DNA from: an uncultured Syntrophomonadaceae bacterium
GTDB taxonomy: Bacteria > Bacillota > Dethiobacteria > DTU022
Direction of reading: 5' to 3'
Assembly (NCBI GenBank): GCA_964627855.1
Contig: CAZVLE010000047.1
Coordinates: forward strand, 29,929 to 93,928
Length of the DNA stretch: 64,000 nucleotides
Shown: positions 1 to 9,775 of the stretch, in pieces
How the letters are laid out: each line of letters starts with the position of its first letter
Position numbering within the stretch: position 1 is the stretch's first letter
Made by a program: the position numbers and the translations under genes
The notes under the pieces: generated by a model
Databases searched by the model: none
What the model was told of the DNA's origin: nothing
Seen by the model: the letters and a program-made list of their open reading frames with translations, nothing else

Positions 1-615
1 CCAAAAGACCTTTCAACGGAATTGATTAATGTGGTAGCAGGCGGGCAAAAAATCTGCGAGCACTTTCATCTTCCTGTCCAATCAGGCAGTAACCGCATTT
101 TAAAAACAATGAACCGTCGTTATAACCGCGAACAATACCTTGCTCTTATTGGTGAAATCAAGAGCGCCGTTAGTGATGTGGCGATTACTTCAGATCTGAT
201 TGTCGGATTCCCTGGCGAGGAGGAAGAAGATCTGATGCAAACGGCTGATTTACTGAAAAAAGCCCGATTCGATAATGCCTTTTCGTTTATCTATTCCAAA
301 CGTATGCATACAGCAGCTGCAAGTCTTAATGATACCCTTTCACATGAACAAAAAGAAAAGCGCCTTCAGTATCTTAACAACATCCAGCATCAGATCAGTA
401 AAGAGATTAATGCACTGCTGGCCGATCGGATTATCGAAGTATTGGTAGAGGGTCCCAGCAAGAACAATCCCAGCCTGCAAACAGGAAGAACAAGGAGCAA
501 TAAACTGGTTCATTTTAATTCGACCGCGAATCTTGAAGGACAGCTGGTTAAGGTAAAAATTACCGATGTGCGCACCTGGAACCTGATTGGTGAACTGGAA
601 GGAGACTATTCTTGA
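1..615 (+). CDS. miaB: tRNA methylthiotransferase MiaB, C-terminal part (5' end lies outside the window)
   Basis: The frame is open from base 1. The translation contains HLPVQSGSNRILKTMNRRY and a C-terminal TRAM-like segment (LVKVKITDV). The gene sits directly upstream of mutS-mutL. Confidence 0.85.
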   Translation, partial: PKDLSTELINVVAGGQKICEHFHLPVQSGSNRILKTMNRRYNREQYLALIGEIKSAVSDVAITSDLIVGFPGEEEEDLMQTADLLKKARFDNAFSFIYSKRMHTAAASLNDTLSHEQKEKRLQYLNNIQHQISKEINALLADRIIEVLVEGPSKNNPSLQTGRTRSNKLVHFNSTANLEGQLVKVKITDVRTWNLIGELEGDYS

Positions 616-3242
616 CTCGTAACAGCCCGATGATGGAACAATACAAAGCTGTTAAGGCCAGACATCCCGATAAACTGTTGATGTTTCAGGTCGGGGATTT
701 CTATGAATTATTTTTTGATGATGCCGAAGTGGCGGCGAGGGAAATGGGGATTGCCCTGACTTCACGAGACGCCGGCAGTGAGAACCCTATACCCCTGGCC
801 GGGGTGCCGATTCATGCTGCAGAAACATACCTTAACAGGCTCCTTAAAAAGGGTTTCAAGGTGGTTGTATGTGACCAGGTGGAAAGCGCTTCTCAGGCCA
901 AGGGACTGGTTCGTCGCGAAATAACCCGTATTTTAACACCCGGCACCGTAACTGACCCTGAGATGTTGGATGAAGGTTTGAATAATTTCTTAGCCGTGCT
1001 TGTTGAAGAGGGAAGCAGCGCTTATGGCCTCGCGGCCGTTGATATTTCCACCGGTGATTTTTTAGCTACAGAGCAAAGAGGGGAAGAAGCCTGGGCGATC
1101 ATAATCGATCAGTTGCGGCGTTTTCAGCCGTCGGAAATTCTCTGTGGCTCAGAAGATTTACATCAGAAATGCTCCAAAACCCTTAAAATTAATCACATCG
1201 GCTTAATCGATAGGCTTCCAAATGTACCTGACTTAAAGCAGTCAAATGATCTGATTACCGAACAGTGGGACAGGGAAACCTGGCAAAGTCTGAACCTTGA
1301 ACAATATCCTCTTGCTGCTTGCGCAACTGGGGCAGCCCTTACCTACCTCAGACTATTACAACAATTGCCGGCTGAAAAAAAGCATTTTCACGAACTAAGA
1401 CTTTACTTTAACAGGCAGGTCATGGTTATTGATAACATTACCAGCCGCAATCTGGAATTAACGCAATCATTGCGTGAGGGGGTAAAACAGGGCAGCCTTC
1501 TGGCCTTTATTGATCGCTGTATGACCGGGATGGGGCGCAGAATGCTGCGGCGCTGGCTGGAAGAACCACTTATTGACCGCCCGGCAATTGAGGATAGACT
1601 CGATGCTGTTGGAGAACTTGTTGACAAGCCCTTAGAAAGAAGGGACTTGCGAAAATTACTTGATGAAATTTTCGATCTGGAACGTTTCTGCAGCCGCCTT
1701 TCCTATCAGCGTATCAATGCCCGTGATCTTGTAACCCTGAAAAACAGTCTATTCCTTTTCAAACCTTTAAAAGAATTACTGTCCAGCCTCAACACTGCCT
1801 ATTTAGTTACAATTAATAACTGTTTGCCTCTATTTAATGATCTGGCTGAATTGCTGGACATAGCTGTAGTTGAAGATCCTCCGCTTGCTCTAAAAGAAGG
1901 AGGGCTTTTTAAGACCGGCTATAGTAAAGAGCTAGATGAGTTGAAAAAAATATCAACAGAAGGACGAGATCTTCTAATTGATTATGAAAAAAATGAACGA
2001 TCGCGAACCGGAATCAAATCTTTACGGGTGGGTTATAACCGCAACTTTGGTTATTATCTGGAGGTTACAAGGAGCAATCTTGATCTGGTTCCTCCCGAAT
2101 ACAATCGCAAACAGACCCTGGTAAATGCTGAACGTTTCACAACCGATGAACTGCAGCAGATGGAGGAGCAAATAAGCGGGGCTAAAGATAAAATGATGAT
2201 ACTCGAGTATCAGCTATTTGAATCCCTGCGAGAGCAGGTTTCCACTTACGGGGAGGCCCTTCAGGCTGCTTCATATCAACTGGCTTCTCTTGACTGCCTG
2301 CAAAGCCTGGCAGAGTGTGCCGAAAAAAATCATTACTGCCGGCCTTATTTTGCCGATAACAAAAAAATGCTGATCCGGCAGGGTCGTCACCCCGTTGTTG
2401 AGCAGCTCAGTTTTGAAAGATTTGTGCCAAATGACATCAGCATGAATCACGACCATTATCTGCTGATTATTACAGGTCCCAACATGGCCGGTAAAAGCAC
2501 CTATATTCGCAGCGCTGCCCTGATTGCCCTTATGGCCCAGATGGGTAGTTTTGTGCCGGCAGAAAAGGCTGAGTTGCCGATCCTCGACCGTATCTTTGCC
2601 AGGGTCGGAGCGAGTGACGATCTTAGCCGAGGCCACAGCACATTCATGGTAGAAATGCAGGAAACAGCGACCATCTTGAGAGAAGCTACCGCTGATAGCC
2701 TGGTTATTCTTGATGAAATCGGACGAGGTACCAGCACCTACGATGGCCTCAGTATTGCCCGCAGTGTTATAGAGTATATGAGCCGCAGAATCAAGGCAAA
2801 AACTCTTTTTTCGACACACTATCATGAGCTAACGAAACTGGAGGGTGAATTGCCGGGTGCTAAGAATTATACCATGGCCATCAAGGAGAAAGGTAAAGAG
2901 GTAATATTTTTACGCCAGGTTATTCCAGGGCGTTCAGATAAAAGTTATGGTATCAATGTAGCCCGCCTGGCCGGAGTTCCTCCTGAAGTATTGGTCAGGG
3001 CTGAAATTATTCTCTCAGAATTAGAACTATCCGCATCTTCTGCTGCAGAGCAGCAATTGAGCCTGGTGCCCATGTTTACCGTACCGGAACAGGATCACCA
3101 GGCTGAATTAGCTGTGGCCGAAAAACTCAAAGAAGTTGATCTTAATAGGCTTACACCACTTGAAGCGCTGCAAAAACTATATGAATTACAGTTGGAACTG
3201 CTTGAAAGAGAAAAAACCGGAGACATTCACGTTGACTCCTGA
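612..3242 (+). CDS. mutS: DNA mismatch repair protein MutS
   Basis: 876-aa ORF with the N-terminal SPMMEQY motif and Walker A GPNMAGKST. A TTG start at 612 lies 7 nt after GGAAGGAG and overlaps the miaB stop. Confidence 0.95.
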   Translation: MTRNSPMMEQYKAVKARHPDKLLMFQVGDFYELFFDDAEVAAREMGIALTSRDAGSENPIPLAGVPIHAAETYLNRLLKKGFKVVVCDQVESASQAKGLVRREITRILTPGTVTDPEMLDEGLNNFLAVLVEEGSSAYGLAAVDISTGDFLATEQRGEEAWAIIIDQLRRFQPSEILCGSEDLHQKCSKTLKINHIGLIDRLPNVPDLKQSNDLITEQWDRETWQSLNLEQYPLAACATGAALTYLRLLQQLPAEKKHFHELRLYFNRQVMVIDNITSRNLELTQSLREGVKQGSLLAFIDRCMTGMGRRMLRRWLEEPLIDRPAIEDRLDAVGELVDKPLERRDLRKLLDEIFDLERFCSRLSYQRINARDLVTLKNSLFLFKPLKELLSSLNTAYLVTINNCLPLFNDLAELLDIAVVEDPPLALKEGGLFKTGYSKELDELKKISTEGRDLLIDYEKNERSRTGIKSLRVGYNRNFGYYLEVTRSNLDLVPPEYNRKQTLVNAERFTTDELQQMEEQISGAKDKMMILEYQLFESLREQVSTYGEALQAASYQLASLDCLQSLAECAEKNHYCRPYFADNKKMLIRQGRHPVVEQLSFERFVPNDISMNHDHYLLIITGPNMAGKSTYIRSAALIALMAQMGSFVPAEKAELPILDRIFARVGASDDLSRGHSTFMVEMQETATILREATADSLVILDEIGRGTSTYDGLSIARSVIEYMSRRIKAKTLFSTHYHELTKLEGELPGAKNYTMAIKEKGKEVIFLRQVIPGRSDKSYGINVARLAGVPPEVLVRAEIILSELELSASSAAEQQLSLVPMFTVPEQDHQAELAVAEKLKEVDLNRLTPLEALQKLYELQLELLEREKTGDIHVDS

Positions 3243-3261
3243 AAGGGACCCGGGCTAACAG

Positions 3262-5001
3262 ATGAGCATCAGAGAGCTTGATAAAAAAACATCAGAACAG
3301 ATTGCTGCCGGAGAAGTGATTGAAAACCCGGCATCGGTGGTTAAAGAGCTAATTGAAAATTCCATCGATGCCGGTGCTACACGGATCGAGGTATCAACAG
3401 AAGGTGGGGGCAAAAAGAGGATTGCTGTTACTGATAATGGCATCGGAATAAGCCCGGAAGAACTGCCTTTGGCTTTCAAACGTTTTGCAACCAGCAAGCT
3501 GAACCGACTCGACGATCTCGACAACCTTACCAGTTTGGGGTTCAGGGGTGAGGCCCTGCCCAGTATCGCTGCGGTTTCGAAAGTAACCATGGTATCTAGG
3601 ATAAAGAGCAGGCTGGCTGGATCACAAATTGAAATTCACGGCGGTAATATAACCAACCACTGCGAGGCGGGAGCACCGCCCGGGACGAGGGTTGAGGTTA
3701 GAGATCTTTTTTTCAACACACCGGGACGTCAGAAATTTTTACGGGCAGATAGTGTAGAATCAAGCAGGATTAGTTCACTGCTAACTGCTCTGGCCCTGGC
3801 TCATCCGCAGGTAGCTTTCGTTCTAACAAGTAATGGAAAAAGACTTTTCAACTCTTCGGGAGACGGTGTTTTGCGCCATGTTATGGCTGAACTTTATGGA
3901 AATGACATTGCAGAAGCGCTATTGGAAATTAAGGGCAAAGAAGCGGCAATTAAGATGAATATAAGCGGTTACATAACTGTACCACATCAGACCAGGTCAA
4001 CAAGGCGGTGGATAACCCTGATCATAAATGGCAGGATCATAAAGAACGCTCTGCTTGTCAATGCCCTGCAACGCGGATACGGTGACTTGTTGCCTCGCAA
4101 CCGCTTTCCGATGGCAGTACTGCACTTAAATCTACCCGGTCAGGAAATAGATGTCAATGTTCATCCTGCCAAAGAAGAGGTGCGTTTTCAGAAACCTGAG
4201 CTGATAAAAAACCTCCTTTACAGGACTGTAAAAGCGGCTCTTTTACAGGGTTATAACTTACCCGAATGGCCTGAAGCGGTACAACCAAAACACAGTGAAA
4301 CTATTCCATCACTATTTGAAGCATCTGCTCATTATGAGCCAGGCCGGATTCACTTCAATGAAACTAATGTCAATGCAAAAGTCCGAAAGAATGAAGATAG
4401 CGACGAAAAGAAAACCAGCGACCAGTACTACCTGATCGGCCAGTATTTACAGAGCTACCTGGTCGTGCAAAAGGATGATGACCTTTTACTTATCGATCAA
4501 CATGCGGCACATGAAAGGGTCAATTATCACCATTTAAGCTGTCCTGAACCGAAACATAGGGAGGAAAGAGGGATTCAGTTAACACTACCGCTAACCCTTG
4601 ATCTGCCGATTGCTTGGCAGGAGCAAATGGCAACCTTAGTGCCTTTGCTCAGAGAATATGGATTTGATATTAACCCAATTGATGACAACAGCTATGTTAT
4701 CAGGGCCGTTCCGTTTATGGCCCGCAACCAGCCTGGTACTGAAGAACTATACGATATTTTAGCAGGATTGATTGAGAAAGATAATTACAGCGAAGAGGAG
4801 AAACGCGAAGCAATCCGAAAAACGCTGGCCTGTCATCGCTCAGTTAAGGCCAGGCAGCATCTCTCACGGGCAGAAATGGAGCAACTGTTAAATGAATGGG
4901 CAGCAACTCCAGATTCGAATTTCTGTCCTCATGGAAGGCCAACGGTGATCAGTTTTGATCGATCTAAACTTGAAAAGAGTTTCCACCGCAAAGGGAATTG
5001 A
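3262..5001 (+). CDS. mutL: DNA mismatch repair protein MutL
   Basis: 579-aa ORF with a GHKL ATPase N-terminus (IAAGEVIENPASVVKELIENSIDAGA, DNGIGI) and a C-terminal dimerisation region (FCPHGRP). Confidence 0.95.
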   Translation: MSIRELDKKTSEQIAAGEVIENPASVVKELIENSIDAGATRIEVSTEGGGKKRIAVTDNGIGISPEELPLAFKRFATSKLNRLDDLDNLTSLGFRGEALPSIAAVSKVTMVSRIKSRLAGSQIEIHGGNITNHCEAGAPPGTRVEVRDLFFNTPGRQKFLRADSVESSRISSLLTALALAHPQVAFVLTSNGKRLFNSSGDGVLRHVMAELYGNDIAEALLEIKGKEAAIKMNISGYITVPHQTRSTRRWITLIINGRIIKNALLVNALQRGYGDLLPRNRFPMAVLHLNLPGQEIDVNVHPAKEEVRFQKPELIKNLLYRTVKAALLQGYNLPEWPEAVQPKHSETIPSLFEASAHYEPGRIHFNETNVNAKVRKNEDSDEKKTSDQYYLIGQYLQSYLVVQKDDDLLLIDQHAAHERVNYHHLSCPEPKHREERGIQLTLPLTLDLPIAWQEQMATLVPLLREYGFDINPIDDNSYVIRAVPFMARNQPGTEELYDILAGLIEKDNYSEEEKREAIRKTLACHRSVKARQHLSRAEMEQLLNEWAATPDSNFCPHGRPTVISFDRSKLEKSFHRKGN

Positions 5002-5004
5002 CTG

Positions 5005-5964
5005 TTGACGCTTAAAATGGATAAATCAAAAATACCGGTTTTGGCACTGGTGGGGCCTACAGCAGTGGGAAAATCATCCCTGGCTCTTTATGTTGCCGAT
5101 TTTTTAAATACAGATATTATCAGTGCCGATTCTGCTCAGGTTTACCGCAAGCTGGATCTGGGAACAGCAAAACCATCCCCTGAGGAGCAGGCTCGCATCA
5201 GGCATCATCTTATTAATATGGTTGATCCTGATGAACCCTACAGTGTTGCCGATTATAAAAGAGATACCGAAGCGGTCATCCGGGACCTCCGGCAGGCGGG
5301 TAAACTGCCTTTCATGGTCGGGGGAACCGGTCTTTATGTCAAAGCGGTACTCGAAAGTTATGCATTCGGCTCTAAAGGTGCAGATGATAGTTTCAGGCAG
5401 GCTTTTGAGCAGCTTGCCGAAGAACAAGGCTTGCCAGCCCTCTATGCAAAGCTAAAAGAAGTCGATCCGAAAGCAGCCTCGAAGATCCATCCCAACGATC
5501 GCCGGCGCATAATTCGAGCTCTTGAGGTTTTTAAACTGGAAGGAAAACCTATCTCAGAACAGGCAGCTAAAACTGTAGTCAGTGAATCTCCCTACGAACC
5601 AGTTTATTTTGGCCTTAATGCTAATCGAGAACTGCTCTACCGTAAAATTGAAACCAGGGTCGATAGTATGATGGCAGACGGTTTTCTGCAGGAAGTGGAA
5701 GCTCTATACCGTGAAGGTTACGATGAAAATGATCCTGGAATGCAGATCCTTGGTTACCGGCAGTTGCTCTCTTTCCTGAAAGGTGATAACAGCATTGATA
5801 AGGCCGTCGCTGAAATTAAAAAACAAACCCGCAACCTGGCCAAAAGGCAATTAACCTGGTTTCGACGGGAAAAAGGGATTGAGTGGTTGAAAATTGAAGA
5901 AGGACATTCATTGTTAACCCTGGCGGAAATTATTTGTAAAAAAGTGAAGGATCTAGCACTGTAA
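5005..5964 (+). CDS. miaA: tRNA dimethylallyltransferase MiaA
   Basis: P-loop GPTAVGKS and SADSAQVYRKLDLGTAKP. The start is either TTG 5005 or ATG 5017. Confidence 0.93.
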   Translation: MTLKMDKSKIPVLALVGPTAVGKSSLALYVADFLNTDIISADSAQVYRKLDLGTAKPSPEEQARIRHHLINMVDPDEPYSVADYKRDTEAVIRDLRQAGKLPFMVGGTGLYVKAVLESYAFGSKGADDSFRQAFEQLAEEQGLPALYAKLKEVDPKAASKIHPNDRRRIIRALEVFKLEGKPISEQAAKTVVSESPYEPVYFGLNANRELLYRKIETRVDSMMADGFLQEVEALYREGYDENDPGMQILGYRQLLSFLKGDNSIDKAVAEIKKQTRNLAKRQLTWFRREKGIEWLKIEEGHSLLTLAEIICKKVKDLAL

Positions 5965-6014
5965 CGGGCGAATACTATTTTTAGAGAGAAACAGACAAGA
6001 AGGGAGCCCCATAG

Positions 6015-6287
6015 ATGAAGGGAACGATCAATTTACAGGATACTTTTCTCAACCAGGCTCGTAAAGAAAATATGCTAACGACGGTATTCCTGGTTAATGG
6101 TTATCAGATTAAGGGGATAGTGCGCAGTTTTGATAATTTCACAATACTGCTTGAGGTGGAAGGCAAACAACAGTTGGTTTATAAACACGCTGTTTCAACA
6201 ATCATTCCTGTCCGCAATATAAACCTGAGAACTGCAGAGGAAGAAAAAAATGCAGAGGTACTTTCAGAGCAAAAAGAAGAAGAATAA
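6015..6287 (+). CDS. hfq: RNA chaperone Hfq
   Basis: Sm motifs are present ([33 protein letters not shown]). An RBS (GGGAG) precedes the ATG. Confidence 0.95.
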   Translation: MKGTINLQDTFLNQARKENMLTTVFLVNGYQIKGIVRSFDNFTILLEVEGKQQLVYKHAVSTIIPVRNINLRTAEEEKNAEVLSEQKEEE

Positions 6288-6315
6288 ACTATACTAAAGG
6301 GCTTAATCAGAAAAA

Positions 6316-6350
6316 AGACACTTCAATTAAAAGAGAGAGTGTCTTTTTTT
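6316..6350 (+). terminator. Rho-independent terminator after hfq
   Basis: Stem AGACACT (6316-6322) pairs with AGTGTCT (6338-6344), followed by a T-run to 6350. Confidence 0.6.
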
Positions 6351-6397
6351 CACGGTTTATAGTGAAAGGGCTTTGTCCGGCCCAGTAGGAGTAGTCT

Positions 6398-7675
6398 ATG
6401 ACAAAAGAGGAAAAAGCCATCCTGGTAAGTTTGGATCAAGGTTGCAGCAGCGAGATAATTGATAATTCAATTGACGAATTGACCCTTCTGGCAGAGACTG
6501 CAGGTGCAATCGTACTTGATCGGGTTGTTCAAAAAAGAACTTCACCAGACAGGGCCTATTATATCGGTCGAGGTAAAACAGAAGAACTGGCTGCGCTGGC
6601 GCAAATGCGGGATGCAGATCTGATTATTTTTAATGATGAACTATCACCATCGCAAATTCGCAACCTGGATCGCATCCTTGGAGTTAAAGTCGTCGACCGC
6701 ACTAATCTGATCCTCGATATATTTGCCCGCAGAGCCTTATCAAGGGAAGGGAAATTACAGGTAGAGTTGGCCCAGTTGCGATACCTTCTACCAAGGTTAA
6801 TTGGCCTTGGTAATCAATTATCAAGACTGGGAGGTGGCATTGGAACGAGAGGACCGGGGGAAACCCAGCTTGAAGTTGACCGGCGGGTGATTCGCAGAAA
6901 GATCAGCGAACTTGAAAAAGAAATTATTACCCTGCGCAAACATCGACAACTACACCGTGCACGACGCAAGCGGGAGAGTTTCTGGATCGTCAGCCTTGTC
7001 GGTTATACCAATGCCGGTAAGTCTACCCTGCTTAATACCCTGACAGGAGCAGATCTCTACACTGAAGATAAACTATTTGCCACTCTCGATCCGATGGTAA
7101 GACGAGGAGTTGTCACCGGTGGTAAGGAAGTATTGTTTACCGATACGGTCGGCTTTATTGAAAAACTTCCGGATCAACTGGTTACCGCTTTTCAGGCTAC
7201 CCTGGAGGAAGTTTCCGCGGCCGATATTCTATTGCATGTTGTAGACATCAGCCATCACGATTATCTCAATCAAATCAAGGTTGTCCGTGAACATTTAAGC
7301 AACATTAAAGCAGACTATTATCAACATGAAATGATCGTTTTTAATAAGCTTGACCTGGTCGATGATTTAGCCATGAAAGCATACCTGATCCGGGAGTTTC
7401 CTTCTGCAACATTCGTTTCTGCCACAAGAGCGGAGGGAATTACCGATCTGAAAGATAATATTGCAGCCTTTATCGACAGACAACGCTGCCATATGGAGCT
7501 TTACTTACCATATAGCGAAGGGAAAGCATATGCAGAGCTGCAGGAGCGAGGAAAAGTGGAAAAAGTGCAGTATAAACCGGACTATCTTCAGGTAAGCGTT
7601 ATCGTAGACAAGGAGCATGCAGGCAAATTTAATAAATTCAGAGACCCGGCCGGTGAGAAAAGAAATAAAGATTGA
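6398..7675 (+). CDS. hflX: GTPase HflX
   Basis: 425-aa ORF with G1 motif GYTNAGKSTLLN, DTVGF and NKLD. Confidence 0.93.
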   Translation: MTKEEKAILVSLDQGCSSEIIDNSIDELTLLAETAGAIVLDRVVQKRTSPDRAYYIGRGKTEELAALAQMRDADLIIFNDELSPSQIRNLDRILGVKVVDRTNLILDIFARRALSREGKLQVELAQLRYLLPRLIGLGNQLSRLGGGIGTRGPGETQLEVDRRVIRRKISELEKEIITLRKHRQLHRARRKRESFWIVSLVGYTNAGKSTLLNTLTGADLYTEDKLFATLDPMVRRGVVTGGKEVLFTDTVGFIEKLPDQLVTAFQATLEEVSAADILLHVVDISHHDYLNQIKVVREHLSNIKADYYQHEMIVFNKLDLVDDLAMKAYLIREFPSATFVSATRAEGITDLKDNIAAFIDRQRCHMELYLPYSEGKAYAELQERGKVEKVQYKPDYLQVSVIVDKEHAGKFNKFRDPAGEKRNKD

Positions 7676-7713
7676 TATGATTGCCGTAAGATTATTTTAA
7701 TTCTAAGATCTTG

Positions 7714-7850
7714 TAACTGCTCCGCTATAGTTTAAGTGTACGGCTTTTCCAAGGTGCCCGGGCTTCCCATACACTTAAGCTGATCCTACGAATTTATAGG
7801 CAGCGCGGATAACTTGGAAGGGTTAATCATTATTGTCATATTTGGGCTGT
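7714..7850. repeat. Interspersed intergenic repeat, copy 1 (left arm, core, right arm)
   Basis: It lies between the convergent hflX and lexA stops. Left arm TAACTGCT..GTTTAAGTGTACGG..TTCCAAG and right arm CTTGGAAGGGTTAATCATTATTGTCATAT align with 28573-28725. The core 7754-7812 matches copy 2 only as a reverse complement. Confidence 0.6.
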
Positions 7851-8458
7851 CAGACTTTACGAAAGAGGCCTACGACCTTTCCCAGGATCTGAACCTCCCT
7901 GACAAAGATTGTTTCATAGGCATCATTTTCGGGCTGCAGGCGGACTTGATCGTCGTCGTGAAAAAATCTTTTAATGGTTGCTTCATCTTCAATTAAGGCA
8001 GCGGCAATATCACCGTTATCGACAATATTTTGTTGTCGGACTATAACATAATCGCCATCAAAGATACCGGCGCCACTCATACTGCTACCGCTAACTTTTA
8101 ACACAAAACAGTCTTCCCCTGTATGAAGATTTTTAGGTATGGGAAAGTAACCGTCCCTGTTTTCTTCAGCAAGAACAGGCGTACCGGCAGTAATTTTTCC
8201 AACCAGGGGGGCAAAAGCACATTTCATTTCCCGATTGCCTTCAGTGCTTCTGATAATTTTTATAGCTCTTGGTTTGGTGGGCATTCTATCTATGTAGCCC
8301 TTCCTTTGCAGGGTATCGAGATAAGCATGCACAGTAGCGGTAGAGTTAATGCCCAGGGCTTTTCCGATTTCACGTACAGAGGGAGGATAATTGCAGCGAG
8401 CCACTTCTTCTTCAATGAACATGAGGACTCTTTTTTGCTTTGCAGTCAGGGGTTCCAA
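7850..8458 (-). CDS. lexA: LexA repressor (S24 peptidase)
   Basis: The winged-helix N-terminus LTAKQKRVLMFIEEE, catalytic Ser (VSGSSM) and Lys (ATIKRF) are present. I place the start at in-frame TTG 8458, 4 nt after AAAGAGGTGA, giving about 202 aa. The upstream 35 codons of the tracked ORF overlap the predicted promoter. Confidence 0.9.
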   Translation of the reverse strand: MEPLTAKQKRVLMFIEEEVARCNYPPSVREIGKALGINSTATVHAYLDTLQRKGYIDRMPTKPRAIKIIRSTEGNREMKCAFAPLVGKITAGTPVLAEENRDGYFPIPKNLHTGEDCFVLKVSGSSMSGAGIFDGDYVIVRQQNIVDNGDIAAALIEDEATIKRFFHDDDQVRLQPENDAYETIFVREVQILGKVVGLFRKV

Positions 8459-8500
8459 AAGATCACCTCTTTTGAGAATCAGGGTTGGTTGGTGTGCATA

Positions 8501-8540
8501 ATTATAACATAACAGCAATGAGCGGGCAAACCTTTGTTTA
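8501..8540 (-). promoter_or_regulatory. Putative lexA promoter with overlapping LexA (Cheo-like) box
   Basis: On the minus strand, -35 TTGCCC (8524-8529) is separated by 17 nt from -10 TATAAT (8501-8506). The palindrome AAAC-CTTT-GTTT (8528-8539) resembles the Gram-positive GAAC-N4-GTTC/GTTT SOS box. Confidence 0.45.
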
Positions 8541-8636
8541 CCCGAAACAGCTTTATCAATCACAAATAATAGTTTAAAATATCTAGTAAGTTTTCCTCAA
8601 GGGCTAGCAAGAATATTGGAAACAGGGTGATAACTG

Positions 8637-9560
8637 ATTCAGACTAAACTTTCAATATATGGCGGCATAGAAGCAGGAGGCACAAAATTCATATGTGCTG
8701 TCGGTAAAAACCCAGCCGATCTGAGGGCAACAGTTCGCATACCAACTACCAATCCCGACGAAACAATAGACAATGTTGTTAAATTTTTCAGAGATCAAGA
8801 AAAAATCCATGGACCGCTGTCAGCACTGGGGATAGCATCTTTCGGACCTGTTGATCCGGATCCCTCTTCTCCGACATTCGGCTATATCACCTCAACACCC
8901 AAGACGGGCTGGAGCAATACAAACATTGCCGGCAGGCTTAAAGAAATCTTTAATGTTCCTGTTGGCTTTGATACTGATGTCAATGGCGCTGCCCTTGCTG
9001 AGTATTCCTGGGGCGCTGCCCGGAATGTGAATACTTTCATTTATATCACCGTAGGTACAGGAATAGGAGGCGGAGCTTTTATTGAAGGTCAAGCTCACCA
9101 TGGCCTGGTTCATCCCGAAATCGGCCACATTCTGATTCCTCATAATTGGGAGACCGATCCCTACCCGGGTTGTTGCCCCTATCATGGTGACTGCCTGGAA
9201 GGCATGGCTTCAGGCCCTGCCTTAGAGGAACGCTGGGGTAACCCCGGCAGCGCCCTGCCGACTGACCATCCTGCCTGGAAGCTTGAAGCTAATTACCTCG
9301 GACTGGCGATACACAACCTGATCTGCACAATATCGCCCCAACGCATTATCGTGGGAGGAGGAGTTCTGAAACAGGCTTCTCTATTGCCACTGGTACAAAA
9401 AGAAGTGCTTATTCTACTTAACGGCTATATTAGCGCCCTGGCCTCACCGGAGACAATTAGCCGTTACATTGTACTACCAGACCTGGGCAACATGGCCGGT
9501 GTGCTCGGCGCGCTGGCTTTAGCTGAGAAAGCGCATCATTTTAGTTCGTTCCAGCTTTAG
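8637..9560 (+). CDS. ROK-family sugar kinase (fructokinase-like)
   Basis: The frame is open from 8634. The translation is ..KLSIYGGIEAGGTKFICAVG...ITVGTGIGGG...HPEIGH...GCCPYHGDCLEG (ROK Zn motif). There is no in-frame ATG/GTG/TTG before 9027. An SD-like AGGGTGA (8624-8630) favours ATT 8637 or CTG 8634 as the start. Confidence 0.8.
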   Translation: MQTKLSIYGGIEAGGTKFICAVGKNPADLRATVRIPTTNPDETIDNVVKFFRDQEKIHGPLSALGIASFGPVDPDPSSPTFGYITSTPKTGWSNTNIAGRLKEIFNVPVGFDTDVNGAALAEYSWGAARNVNTFIYITVGTGIGGGAFIEGQAHHGLVHPEIGHILIPHNWETDPYPGCCPYHGDCLEGMASGPALEERWGNPGSALPTDHPAWKLEANYLGLAIHNLICTISPQRIIVGGGVLKQASLLPLVQKEVLILLNGYISALASPETISRYIVLPDLGNMAGVLGALALAEKAHHFSSFQL

Positions 9561-9775
9561 AAATAGTCAGGATGTTTTTTTATTTATACTACTTGTTTTT
9601 TCTACAACAGCTTCTAAAATATCTAAAAAGCCCAGTTACCAAAAGTACTTGGCGAGATCCTGGAAAATCAATTTACCCCTGATAGCGGTCAGCAGTATCG
9701 ACAATCTTATAGAGTTATTATATTAAATCTAAATGTTTTGGCCCTTATAGCGCTGACAGTAAAGTAGATAGGCCG

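Noticed and set aside
1403-2825. Minus-strand ORFs inside mutS (1403-1627, 2271-2825, 2501-2737). Similar antisense or out-of-frame ORFs occur inside mutL, miaA, aor, leuA, gltX, rny, ftsK, pnp, infB, nusA, ispG and rseP.
   Set aside because: They lie entirely within strongly supported genes, have low-complexity or Ser/Pro/Arg-rich translations with no recognisable motifs, and lack RBS signals. They are shadow ORFs.
7814-7996. A 60-aa plus-strand ORF spanning the repeat right arm and the lexA 3' end.
   Set aside because: It overlaps the well-supported lexA C-terminus on the opposite strand and begins inside the repeat. There are no signals supporting translation.
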